Positions 1-8,118 of a stretch of 64,000 nucleotides of DNA are shown in pieces. Below the pieces are notes generated by a model. That model made no database searches, was not told the DNA's origin, and worked only from the letters and a program-made list of their open reading frames with translations. The stretch's first letter is position 1. Each line of letters begins with the position of its first letter. Source of the DNA: Alphaproteobacteria bacterium. Its GTDB lineage: Bacteria > Pseudomonadota > Alphaproteobacteria > UBA3830. The stretch is taken from contig JAFUZX010000101.1 in the NCBI GenBank assembly GCA_017476405.1, forward strand, positions 11,840-75,839, in the 5' to 3' direction. The position numbers and the translations under genes are program-made.

Positions 1-1520
1 TCAGACGTTGTAGCTTTACCTTTAATTTTAGAAAAGTTTTCTTTTAGATATTCTGTTAATGCAGATACGGTTGGATACTCGAACAGCAATGTAGCTGGTA
101 AATATCCATAGACTTCTTTAAGTGGCTTAATTAACTCTAGAGAAATAATAGAATCTATTCCATATTCTTGAAATGGTACATCATCCTCTATCTCAGCTTC
201 ATTCATCAACATAACATTGGCTATAGTCGATTTGATAAGTTTTTTTACATCAATAGCTGTGTCTGCATGCGCACTATTCTCATTTCTGTTTGGTAACAAT
301 TCATCCTCTTCTGATGAGGTCTTTTCAAAATTTTTATCAAGATAATTCGCTAGTGCAGATACGGTTGGATACTCGAACAGCAATGTAGCCGGCAAATATC
401 CATAGACTTCTTTAAGTGGCTTAATTAACTCTAGAGAAATAATAGAATCTATTCCATATTCTTGAAATGGTACATCATCTTCTATCTCGGTCTCATTCAT
501 CAACATAACATTGGCTATAGTCGACCTGATAAGCGATCGTGCAGTTACAACTGACAACTTTCTTTCTTTTTGAACTTTTTTTGTCGCAACCATTACCTGC
601 TGATCATCTCCTCCGTATTTTCCCAAAAAAGACATACCACTGCTATTTATCAATATTTGCCAGTTATTGACTGCAACCAGCGGGCTATTTTCTATACGAT
701 ATGGGTCATTGTAAAGCCACCACCCATCAGTAAGACCAAAAACAACTGTTGCGAAATTCTGAATACTAGTTATTTCATTTAAAACAAATATTCCATTCTC
801 TTCCAATCTATCATATATATTCCTTAAAGAAATACGTAAATCTGGCGTTGCATGGATTACGTTAGTTGCAATTATTATATCGTATTTCGTTAGAAGTTTT
901 TTATTGTCTTTTGAAGAGACATCAAAGATACTATAGTCAATAAACTTATAACTGCCAAATTTTCCTTTTGCCTTATTCAGAAAAGACAGCGAGACATCTG
1001 TAAAATCATAATTAACATTATAATCTTTTATTTTTGGCAGGATAAACCTTGTTGTTCCACCAGTTCCAGCTCCAATTTCTAAAATTTTTATTGGCTTATC
1101 TGTGGCACTTACATAATTTTCGACAATTTGGGCAACAACAGAATTAAAATGATCGGCTATGGGATTTGATGTATATACTTGCGAAACAAGATCAAAACTC
1201 CCATCAGGGAATAGAACTTCTGTTGCCTGAACTTTTCCAGACAACACATCGTTATAAAATTTTAGACAATGTTCCAGTAAATTAAGATGTCCGACAATCT
1301 GAGGAAAGTGTTCTTTCAAAAATTGTATACTTTCTCCATCTTTTCTTGGAATTGATTTTAACGCCCTGACTAATCTAGCAAATTTTGGTATAAAATCAGA
1401 AGTATTGATGTCCGCCACCCTACTACAAACGTAGGCATCTAATGCTTCAATTGCTATCCGAGCTTTTTCTACTTCCGAACTCTTCTCATCATAATTTGGG
1501 ATTATATTTTCTAATGTCAT
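1..1520 (-). CDS. Polyketide synthase fragment: SAM-dependent C-methyltransferase domain followed by two tandem acyl carrier protein domains; C-terminus runs off the window at position 1
   Basis: My own minus-strand translation from the ATG at 1520 (MTLENIIPNYDEKSSEVEKARIAIEAL...) stays open to position 1. It is absent from the ORF track because there is no stop in the window. It has the SAM-binding motif LEIGAGTGGTT (about 1040-1075). Two copies of FQEYGIDSIISLELIKPLKEVYGYLPATLLFEYPTVSAL carry the carrier-protein Ser in GIDSI. Confidence 0.8.
   Translation of the reverse strand, partial: MTLENIIPNYDEKSSEVEKARIAIEALDAYVCSRVADINTSDFIPKFARLVRALKSIPRKDGESIQFLKEHFPQIVGHLNLLEHCLKFYNDVLSGKVQATEVLFPDGSFDLVSQVYTSNPIADHFNSVVAQIVENYVSATDKPIKILEIGAGTGGTTRFILPKIKDYNVNYDFTDVSLSFLNKAKGKFGSYKFIDYSIFDVSSKDNKKLLTKYDIIIATNVIHATPDLRISLRNIYDRLEENGIFVLNEITSIQNFATVVFGLTDGWWLYNDPYRIENSPLVAVNNWQILINSSGMSFLGKYGGDDQQVMVATKKVQKERKLSVVTARSLIRSTIANVMLMNETEIEDDVPFQEYGIDSIISLELIKPLKEVYGYLPATLLFEYPTVSALANYLDKNFEKTSSEEDELLPNRNENSAHADTAIDVKKLIKSTIANVMLMNEAEIEDDVPFQEYGIDSIISLELIKPLKEVYGYLPATLLFEYPTVSALTEYLKENFSKIKGKATTS
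61..533. repeat. Tandem 294-bp (98-codon) in-frame duplication encoding the two ACP domains
   Basis: 61-239 and 355-533 align base for base, with about 8 mismatches in 179 bp by eye. The period is 294 bp, which keeps the reading frame. Confidence 0.85.
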
Positions 1521-1525
1521 ATCGA

Positions 1526-2899
1526 TTACCCCTCTATATTCAGTCTTTTTAATGCATTATCTGATGCTTTGATCACTGTGACTTGCTTTATTTTTGTAGA
1601 TAAAAACCATTCAATTATCTCCAGCCCTTCTTCTTCCTTTATAGATTCAATTCCAAGCTTACTCATTCTTTTTCGGTAATAATCAGAAGCAACAACACCA
1701 ATATCGCCCCAAAAACTCCAATTGATAATCTTGCTATTTACCATATAGAGCTCTCGTAAAATGTTTGCCAGAGCATCCTTTGAAACACAAGCTGCAGTAT
1801 AATTTGCTTGTCCAGGATTTGCGATGTATGATTGCACTGATGAAAAAAAGAGAACAAAATCTAGCTGAGAGCAGTCCATATTTCTTAAAATACGTAATAA
1901 ATTAAGGGTGCCACATAGTTTCGGAGACAACACGCTTTGCAAATTTTCATCCGACATATTACATATTAGTGAGTCTTTCAATACTAAAGCTGAATGTACG
2001 ATACCATTAATTCCTGGATGTCGTTTAAAAATAGCTTTCATTTTTTCAAAATCGCTTACGTCCGATTGCTCATAACTTGCAGAAGCAGCTCCATTTTTTA
2101 CTAAGTTATCGAGTTGCTTCTGATCCCTTGGAGATCGGCCTATCAAAATTAAATTTGCTTTGTACTGGCGTGCTAAATACTTGGCTAGCATTCCACCTAG
2201 TCCACCTCTCCCTCCTATAACGAGGTACGTTCCACCGGTACGAAAGTAACTACTCTTACGATGGGATACGGTACGGCTATAAGCAGCATTTCTCTTTAAA
2301 GTCGGAATCAAAAAACAGTCATCCAGCACAACAATCGGATAACGACTTGGAAAGGTGCCATGTAATACCCAATAAATAACCTTCTCAGATATACGTTCTA
2401 AAACCAATACACGCACTGAAAAGTCTACCTCTTGGGCAAATGTTTGCCCTAATCCAACAAACACACCGTCATGAGGGTGAGTGACTGCTCTAAATGCAGA
2501 ACAAGTAATAGATCTTACGGTAACAATATCAAACTCAGTACATCTAACTTGTTGTATAACTTTTAAAAGAGCTAGAAAACTAGAAATCTCATCATAATTT
2601 ACATTATAGGACCAAGCGGTTTCTGCAACAAAGACGATTCTATCAAAATTCTCTAATCTGGATGCCAACTGTGCTGGAGTAACGGAGTTAGACAGAAAAC
2701 ACACCTGAGATCCACCTATGAAGCCCTCCACTTGCGAGGCAAGAAAACGCTGACTCTCAAAAAAAAGCCACACACACCCTTCTGACTGAAACCCAGCCTC
2801 TCTAAATTGGCATTTCCTCCAGCTAGGATAAAAAATCATGCTTTCCAGTGCATTCACAGCCCCCCTCCACTCTGTACTTAACGCATATGCAGCATACAC
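1526..2899 (-). CDS. Stand-alone PKS-type ketoreductase (SDR fold with N-terminal structural subdomain)
   Basis: ORF track, 457 aa. It has a Rossmann motif TYLVIGGRGGLGGMLAKYLA, then SSVQSYIANPGQANYTAAC (the Y-x-x-x-N/K region of PKS KR domains). It ends 6 nt upstream of the cMT-ACP-ACP start, so the two are probably co-transcribed. The start codon is uncertain. Confidence 0.75.
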   Translation of the reverse strand: MYAAYALSTEWRGAVNALESMIFYPSWRKCQFREAGFQSEGCVWLFFESQRFLASQVEGFIGGSQVCFLSNSVTPAQLASRLENFDRIVFVAETAWSYNVNYDEISSFLALLKVIQQVRCTEFDIVTVRSITCSAFRAVTHPHDGVFVGLGQTFAQEVDFSVRVLVLERISEKVIYWVLHGTFPSRYPIVVLDDCFLIPTLKRNAAYSRTVSHRKSSYFRTGGTYLVIGGRGGLGGMLAKYLARQYKANLILIGRSPRDQKQLDNLVKNGAASASYEQSDVSDFEKMKAIFKRHPGINGIVHSALVLKDSLICNMSDENLQSVLSPKLCGTLNLLRILRNMDCSQLDFVLFFSSVQSYIANPGQANYTAACVSKDALANILRELYMVNSKIINWSFWGDIGVVASDYYRKRMSKLGIESIKEEEGLEIIEWFLSTKIKQVTVIKASDNALKRLNIEG

Positions 2900-3092
2900 T
2901 CACCTATTTTCAATAATCCCTCTATTCTCCACCATATTTGCTTTTAATATTTGTGTCAATACTTTTCTTTTTTGAAAAAATAAATAAAAATAATATATAA
3001 ATTACATAAAAATATAACAAAAAAGTGCGGTCAAAAATTAACTAAAATTCCCTTGCTATGTAGGTTTCGTGCCATTTATTTGCAATATGCAA

Positions 3093-5474
3093 CTATGAAG
3101 GATCTATAAAAAAACCCATAGTTACTAATTGTTGCAAAAAAACCTCGTTTCTTTTAAAATGCCCTTTTAATACGAAAGGTTCACCCATGTTGGCTTTTAA
3201 AACAAGTTCTGCTAGCTGAACAGTTTCATCAGAAGCTGTAGCTAGAGAGATAATATTAGCCAGTTTAGATCTCACGGTTCTTTCTGCGAGAAAATCTGAT
3301 TTTTCTAGTAAAGATCTCATTTCTTTTATAATCTCAGGTGATATTAATTGCATCTCTTCTTGATGTAAACTATACAAATTGTAGCAGTAAGAATATAGTT
3401 TTATAGCTTGCTCTAAAAATTGTTTATGTCCCAATCTTCCGATTATTTCCTCATCGACTTCTTTTTGCTTATTCAAACAGCATCTGTATATAAATAAGTC
3501 TTGTATTGGAGCCAAAGGAATACCTACTATGCTTATTTCATGCATAACTTTATTTTTCTGTAAAAACGTAATGGCGGGAAAAATGTTTGTAGGGTTTTCA
3601 GAGTTTAGTGCAACTAATTTGCAAAGTTTGATTAAATTCTCTATTGGAACGCCTCCAAATTTTTTAGTTTCCCCAATAAATTGATCCAAGTCCAAAAAGC
3701 CATAGAACATACGAGCTATGCTGTCAATATATGAACTTGTTCGAAAACGCTCAACTAATATTCCCATAGAAAAATTTCTTCTCATTCTCAGGTAAAATTC
3801 AAGAGAAGGGTACAACGTTAACGCTAACGATTCAGGAACACTTAATCCCCCAGTAATTGCGATCTTTTCTGAATTATACAACTGCCCGATCCAAGCATCT
3901 GGGGCATACTCATCTGTAGGTTTAAATAACGTATCTTTTTCATCTTTCTCTATGCTCTCTAATTCTACATGCTTAAGAGTATTCCTGAATATCAATGTAT
4001 TATGTTTTACATAAGCCGGATCGCCAGCAGGAGCGACTTTGATAGAACCAAAAGTCTCACCAGATTCTAATACCAAGTCATCTGGATAAACGAATAATTC
4101 TACATCAGTTCTTACTCCAAATAAGATGTTGAGAACTTTCACTATATCCGGCATCAAGGAAAAGAGTTTGTCGCTATCTTCATTTATTCTTGAAATAATA
4201 TCCTCTGCGCAACTTTTTTTCTTATAAACCGCTTCAGTTTCCCAAGGAAGTCTGATCGCTTTGTATCCTTTGAAAAGCAAAGCAATCATCTTGATAGCAT
4301 TTCTCCATCCACCGAGTATATCGTACTGTTTTCTCATATGAGAGTACAATATTCCATCTTTTCTATGTCCGCCTATAATTTTTGCCCAAGCATTTCTAGT
4401 AAGCGCTGAACCATCATTGGCTGTTACTCTAGCATTTAATCTTCCATCCGCAAAAAATTTGTACAAATCAGAAGTCGTTGGAAGACCAGTTAACTCTATT
4501 CCTAAGCCATCAATTGCCGTAGTTGTAGTCGGCGCACGAAATTCAGACGCCTTATTTTCAGCACGTTTGGTGCTGCATAATAACGTTACAACCAACTGCC
4601 TAATCGTAGTTTCCACACAGTCTGGAAATACGTGCTTATCATTATCATTATAGGTAGCAAATGAGTACCTAATAACTTGTTCTCCAGGTCGAAAAGGCAT
4701 AATAGATCTATAAGAAATCATGTCTTTATAAATAATTTCAGTAAGTTGACTCTCATATTTGTCTTTACAGCCAAGAGCTTCTGCTAATTGTGGAAGCTCA
4801 TTTGGATCTAGTATACTCCACGCATACGCACTTATCATATAGTTGGTAAAATAGGCAGGGTATTCATTTGTTTTATGAGTTTTATCCCTTTCTTGGTAGA
4901 TTGCTTGAGAAACATTGCTCACCAATCTAAAATAACTCTGTATTAAAGTTTCATCTATCGTTTTTCCTGCAAAAATCTCAGGGAATATACTCGATAAAAA
5001 TTTTTCTTTTTCTACAATATCTTTATCTTCCAACTTCTGAATTAGTTCAACTAACGCCTTATCACCACTTCTTACAGCATTTGCTATATTCAGCATTCCT
5101 ACAATTCGAGAGATTTTATTCTCCCTAAAACTTCCTCTTCCATTTGCATTAAATACTGGCCCTGCTGAAGGAAAAAGTTGAATCAAAAGATCTGTCATAT
5201 GATCTTCTGAAGTATCAAAGCAACTGCAAGTTCCTCCCTCATACCTAGACTCTCTCTGAGCATGACTAATTGGTCCAAAAAATCTGTACAATTCTAATAT
5301 CCTGTTATCCAGCAAAATTTTTCCATAAATTAAGTCGTTATATCGACCAAATCTGCCAGAAAGAGGAGCATACTGCTCTATAAGCATGGCTGTACTATGC
5401 GGAACAACTAACAGCATACACTGTGCTAAAAACGCCATAATTACTTTGTTTCTCAAAATGCTAACTCCCCCCAT
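3093..5474 (-). CDS. Hypothetical 793-aa protein, no domain recognised
   Basis: A long uninterrupted ORF in AT-rich DNA, flanked by AT-rich intergenic regions on both sides. I could not identify any motif family. The start may be an internal Met (MAFLAQ...). Confidence 0.65.
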   Translation of the reverse strand: MGGVSILRNKVIMAFLAQCMLLVVPHSTAMLIEQYAPLSGRFGRYNDLIYGKILLDNRILELYRFFGPISHAQRESRYEGGTCSCFDTSEDHMTDLLIQLFPSAGPVFNANGRGSFRENKISRIVGMLNIANAVRSGDKALVELIQKLEDKDIVEKEKFLSSIFPEIFAGKTIDETLIQSYFRLVSNVSQAIYQERDKTHKTNEYPAYFTNYMISAYAWSILDPNELPQLAEALGCKDKYESQLTEIIYKDMISYRSIMPFRPGEQVIRYSFATYNDNDKHVFPDCVETTIRQLVVTLLCSTKRAENKASEFRAPTTTTAIDGLGIELTGLPTTSDLYKFFADGRLNARVTANDGSALTRNAWAKIIGGHRKDGILYSHMRKQYDILGGWRNAIKMIALLFKGYKAIRLPWETEAVYKKKSCAEDIISRINEDSDKLFSLMPDIVKVLNILFGVRTDVELFVYPDDLVLESGETFGSIKVAPAGDPAYVKHNTLIFRNTLKHVELESIEKDEKDTLFKPTDEYAPDAWIGQLYNSEKIAITGGLSVPESLALTLYPSLEFYLRMRRNFSMGILVERFRTSSYIDSIARMFYGFLDLDQFIGETKKFGGVPIENLIKLCKLVALNSENPTNIFPAITFLQKNKVMHEISIVGIPLAPIQDLFIYRCCLNKQKEVDEEIIGRLGHKQFLEQAIKLYSYCYNLYSLHQEEMQLISPEIIKEMRSLLEKSDFLAERTVRSKLANIISLATASDETVQLAELVLKANMGEPFVLKGHFKRNEVFLQQLVTMGFFIDPS

Positions 5475-5760
5475 AACTGCTATTAAATAGGTTAAATCAT
5501 GTAATATTGCAAGTAAATAGCAATATAAAAATCAACAAACCCCATTTTTGCTTTAATAGTATTTTGAACTGAGTAATGCTAGGCAATATACCCTATAGCA
5601 GCTTATAAGCTAATTTTTACTTAACTCAAAATGCTAAAGTAAAATTAGTTGAAAGAGTAGAGATCCCAAAAGGCATTGGTAACGTTTTGTGAACTTAACG
5701 ACTGAAGCGATATATCTACTCACCCAACTGATAGCACATATAGGATTGATAGAGTTAATA

Positions 5761-5931
5761 TTATTCTTTTTGTTTATGAATACTCAACTTTTCAATTCCG
5801 AAAGCTGCAAGCAGTGCCTCGATGACCATATCTACGTGATCAGGCGTAAACCACATTATGATTGCAGCAATTATTGCAATTGCTCCTTTGACTTTTTCGT
5901 TCGTAATCAGTGATTTTATATCCATTTTCAT
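5761..5931 (-). CDS. Small membrane protein downstream of the lysozyme (holin-like candidate)
   Basis: Own translation gives MKMDIKSLITNEKVKGAIAIIAAIIMWFTPDHVDMVIEALLAAFGIEKLSIHKQKE (56 aa). It is preceded by the RBS GAGGAGAG and has one clear hydrophobic helix. Too short for the ORF track. The holin role is inferred from position only. Confidence 0.4.
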   Translation of the reverse strand: MKMDIKSLITNEKVKGAIAIIAAIIMWFTPDHVDMVIEALLAAFGIEKLSIHKQKE

Positions 5932-5949
5932 TCTCTCCTCAACAAAAAA

Positions 5950-6447
5950 CTACAAAACTCGGTAAGCTCGATTGAGCCATCCATTTAAAAATTTGCTCAT
6001 TTTTGAGTTTTGAGCAGCTAATAATCGATATTTCCCGGCAGCTTCTGACTTCATGGCTGCAAGCAAAACTTTTGGCTCGGAAAAATTTATCGCAGAAAGC
6101 GTTTGGGGGCCGATTAAACCATCTTCCTGGACAATTATGCCTCCGGCACGCAAAGCACGCTGTACGATCGTTATTCCGGTTCGGAATCCAAAATTCACAA
6201 CAAAATCAAATAGTTGAGTTGCGATGTTTTTGTCATTAATTTGCTCAAATTTTCCATTTAACCAAAAATCTCGATGATATATTTCTTTGGCTTGATCAAG
6301 CGTTAATGCCTTAATATTCAAGGCAGGATAGCTCTTTTTAGAGATTCCGAATTTCGTTTCTCCGCCTAAATCATCTAAGTCAAAAACATAACCTCCTTCA
6401 TTGGCAATAACATAATCGAAGGCTTTTTCGAATTTTTCACTATACAT
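5950..6447 (-). CDS. Phage lysozyme, glycoside hydrolase family 108 with C-terminal peptidoglycan-binding domain
   Basis: FDYVIANEGGYVFDLDDLGGETKFGI is the GH108 signature (catalytic E in NEGG). LGPQT...WLNRAY looks like PG_binding_3. I chose the internal ATG at 6447 (RBS GGAGAG) because the longer track ORF overlaps the gpD gene. Confidence 0.8.
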   Translation of the reverse strand: MYSEKFEKAFDYVIANEGGYVFDLDDLGGETKFGISKKSYPALNIKALTLDQAKEIYHRDFWLNGKFEQINDKNIATQLFDFVVNFGFRTGITIVQRALRAGGIIVQEDGLIGPQTLSAINFSEPKVLLAAMKSEAAGKYRLLAAQNSKMSKFLNGWLNRAYRVL

Positions 6448-6457
6448 TTTCTCTCCT

Positions 6458-7423
6458 TTATCCCCGCATACATTCAACTGAAGTACGAAAACCACTGTTA
6501 TCCAATGAATGAGAGACTTTCGAAATGAGCCACTTTTCAGGAATTTTTGGAGAAAAGCCATTAAGTTTCAGTCGACCTTCTGCAAATAAATCCGTTCGAC
6601 CCTCGATTGAAAAATGAAAGGTTACATTCGAGGTTGAAACTTTTTTTAATTTCGCTCCGGCTGCTGCTCGTGCCTCTTTTTCGCTTGCAAAGATTTCATT
6701 TAATTCTGATCCTGGGTCACCTTCGCCAACTTGCACCAAGTGATATTCGCCTTTTTGCTTGTCATACCAGTTTGCAAAAATAGCTCCAGTACCTCCGCTG
6801 GCTCCAGTTTCTTTAAATGTACATGAGTAATTCGAAACTTCCGAAGCATCTATACTTTTTTCCGGCAAATTATTGCCACTTGCAGATTTTCCCTCCATAT
6901 CTTTTGAAAAGACCAAATGGCCATCAGCAGGCTTTGCGACCGCTCCGATTTTTTGAGAAATCCTTGTTGCGTAGCTCATATCACTTTCCGCAAATTGTGG
7001 GTAATTTTCCAGATCGATTTCTTCCAAATCATCATCAAAAGCCGCCTCCAAATCGAAATTATCCGACATTGCATTCACATAATTTTTTAATCCACCTATA
7101 TTGGTTTTTGAATTTTGCGTTCGCATACTTTTCGGAGCTGCGTTCCCAGAAATTTTCACCTTTTTTTGCGCGCCGTCTATGGTAATTTCCTTCACGAAAT
7201 AAGTCCCGATTTGCGTCAATCCAGTTTCTTTGTAACCAAGAGACACAACAAATTTCGCTTCCGTATTCGGCAGCTGTAAAGCTCCATCAAAGTCGTCCAA
7301 TTCAATTTCACAAGAATCTGAAACAATTCCAGCTTGATCATTAGTGCTAATTGATAGCACTCTGTCTTTCGGGAAAGTGTTAGAGCCATTTATAATTATT
7401 GAAAAATCAGGTGTTAATTCCAT
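6458..7423 (-). CDS. Tail protein, P2 gpD (late control D) family
   Basis: 321 aa. N-terminus is PDFSIIINGSN...RVLSISTNDQAGIVSDSCEIELDD. Its position after the gpX and gpU homologues matches the P2 order U-X-D. Confidence 0.85.
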   Translation of the reverse strand: MELTPDFSIIINGSNTFPKDRVLSISTNDQAGIVSDSCEIELDDFDGALQLPNTEAKFVVSLGYKETGLTQIGTYFVKEITIDGAQKKVKISGNAAPKSMRTQNSKTNIGGLKNYVNAMSDNFDLEAAFDDDLEEIDLENYPQFAESDMSYATRISQKIGAVAKPADGHLVFSKDMEGKSASGNNLPEKSIDASEVSNYSCTFKETGASGGTGAIFANWYDKQKGEYHLVQVGEGDPGSELNEIFASEKEARAAAGAKLKKVSTSNVTFHFSIEGRTDLFAEGRLKLNGFSPKIPEKWLISKVSHSLDNSGFRTSVECMRG

Positions 7424-7614
7424 AATCTAACCTCTTTTTTTGGCTTAATTGTTGTGTCGATATATGGCAGATTGATTACTGTGCCAGCAGAGATTTTTTC
7501 GTATGTAATATCCGGATTGGCCTTCATGACTTCTTCCAAAACCGCAGTGGTGCCGTAATGCTTCCATACGATCCAATCTAAAACGTCATTTTCTTTCGTT
7601 GTGTATGTAATCAT
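7414..7614 (-). CDS. Tail protein X (P2 gpX, LysM-like)
   Basis: 66 aa. NDVLDWIVWKHYG...ANP...GTVINLP matches the gpX pattern, and the synteny fits. Confidence 0.8.
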   Translation of the reverse strand: MITYTTKENDVLDWIVWKHYGTTAVLEEVMKANPDITYEKISAGTVINLPYIDTTIKPKKEVRLWN

Positions 7615-8118
7615 CTACCACCTCAAATATGATCGTGCTAAGTTTGTAAGTGAATCGACAATCGAAGTTTCGTTACCCAGATCAATCGTAGCGTTTGTAT
7701 TTCCTGACGATCTTTTCAAAGTCAATGTGAATTCAATTTTTTGTGGTACGCCATTTTTATCGAAATAACTTTGCGTTTCCGAAATCGAAACGATTACAAA
7801 CCTGCCTAGTATTTCGCCGTTGTCGTTGATTAAATTGTTAGCCATACGACAAAGATCGGAACTCCTAATGTCCGCAATGCTGGTGTATGAAATTGTGTTT
7901 TTCCCCAGCGAAGAAGTAATATTGCTCCATGAAACATCGCCATGAAGTTTCGGATAAAATACGCCTTCAATTTCGATTTGATCTTTCGAGATTCCAAGAT
8001 TCTGCAAATTTGGTAAATCTCCAATGCGTTCGCTGTCAGGCCAATTGTATTCCGTCTTCCTTGATAAAGTTTGTGGACTCAACGTCTTCAAGCTAAACTG
8101 AAAATTACCGAGAATCAT
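7615..8118 (-). CDS. Tail protein U (P2 gpU family)
   Basis: 167 aa. MILGNFQFSLKTLSPQTLSRKTEYNW is typical of gpU. It lies directly after the tape measure gene. Confidence 0.8.
   Translation of the reverse strand: MILGNFQFSLKTLSPQTLSRKTEYNWPDSERIGDLPNLQNLGISKDQIEIEGVFYPKLHGDVSWSNITSSLGKNTISYTSIADIRSSDLCRMANNLINDNGEILGRFVIVSISETQSYFDKNGVPQKIEFTLTLKRSSGNTNATIDLGNETSIVDSLTNLARSYLRW

Noticed and set aside
61-533. Tandem near-identical repeats at the window start, and the phased repeats at 43149-43253, considered as CRISPR-like arrays.
   Set aside because: Both lie within open reading frames. The first encodes duplicated ACP domains with a 294-bp period. The second has contiguous 21-bp units with no spacers. 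No cas genes are present.
570-782. 70-aa plus-strand ORF inside the PKS region.
   Set aside because: It is antisense to the continuous cMT-ACP-ACP reading frame that I verified codon by codon, and it has a TTG start and no RBS.
5475-5760. Search for an attL copy of the tRNA-fMet 3' segment (compared with 45941-46140).
   Set aside because: The only shared strings are short AT-rich ones (for example aaaatgct). Nothing resembles TGGTTGCGGGGG or a convincing direct repeat, so no att site is claimed.
5689-5913. 74-aa plus-strand ORF downstream of the lysozyme gene.
   Set aside because: The opposite strand encodes a 56-aa membrane protein with a strong RBS, co-oriented with the lysis and tail operon. 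The plus-strand ORF has a non-ATG start and no RBS.
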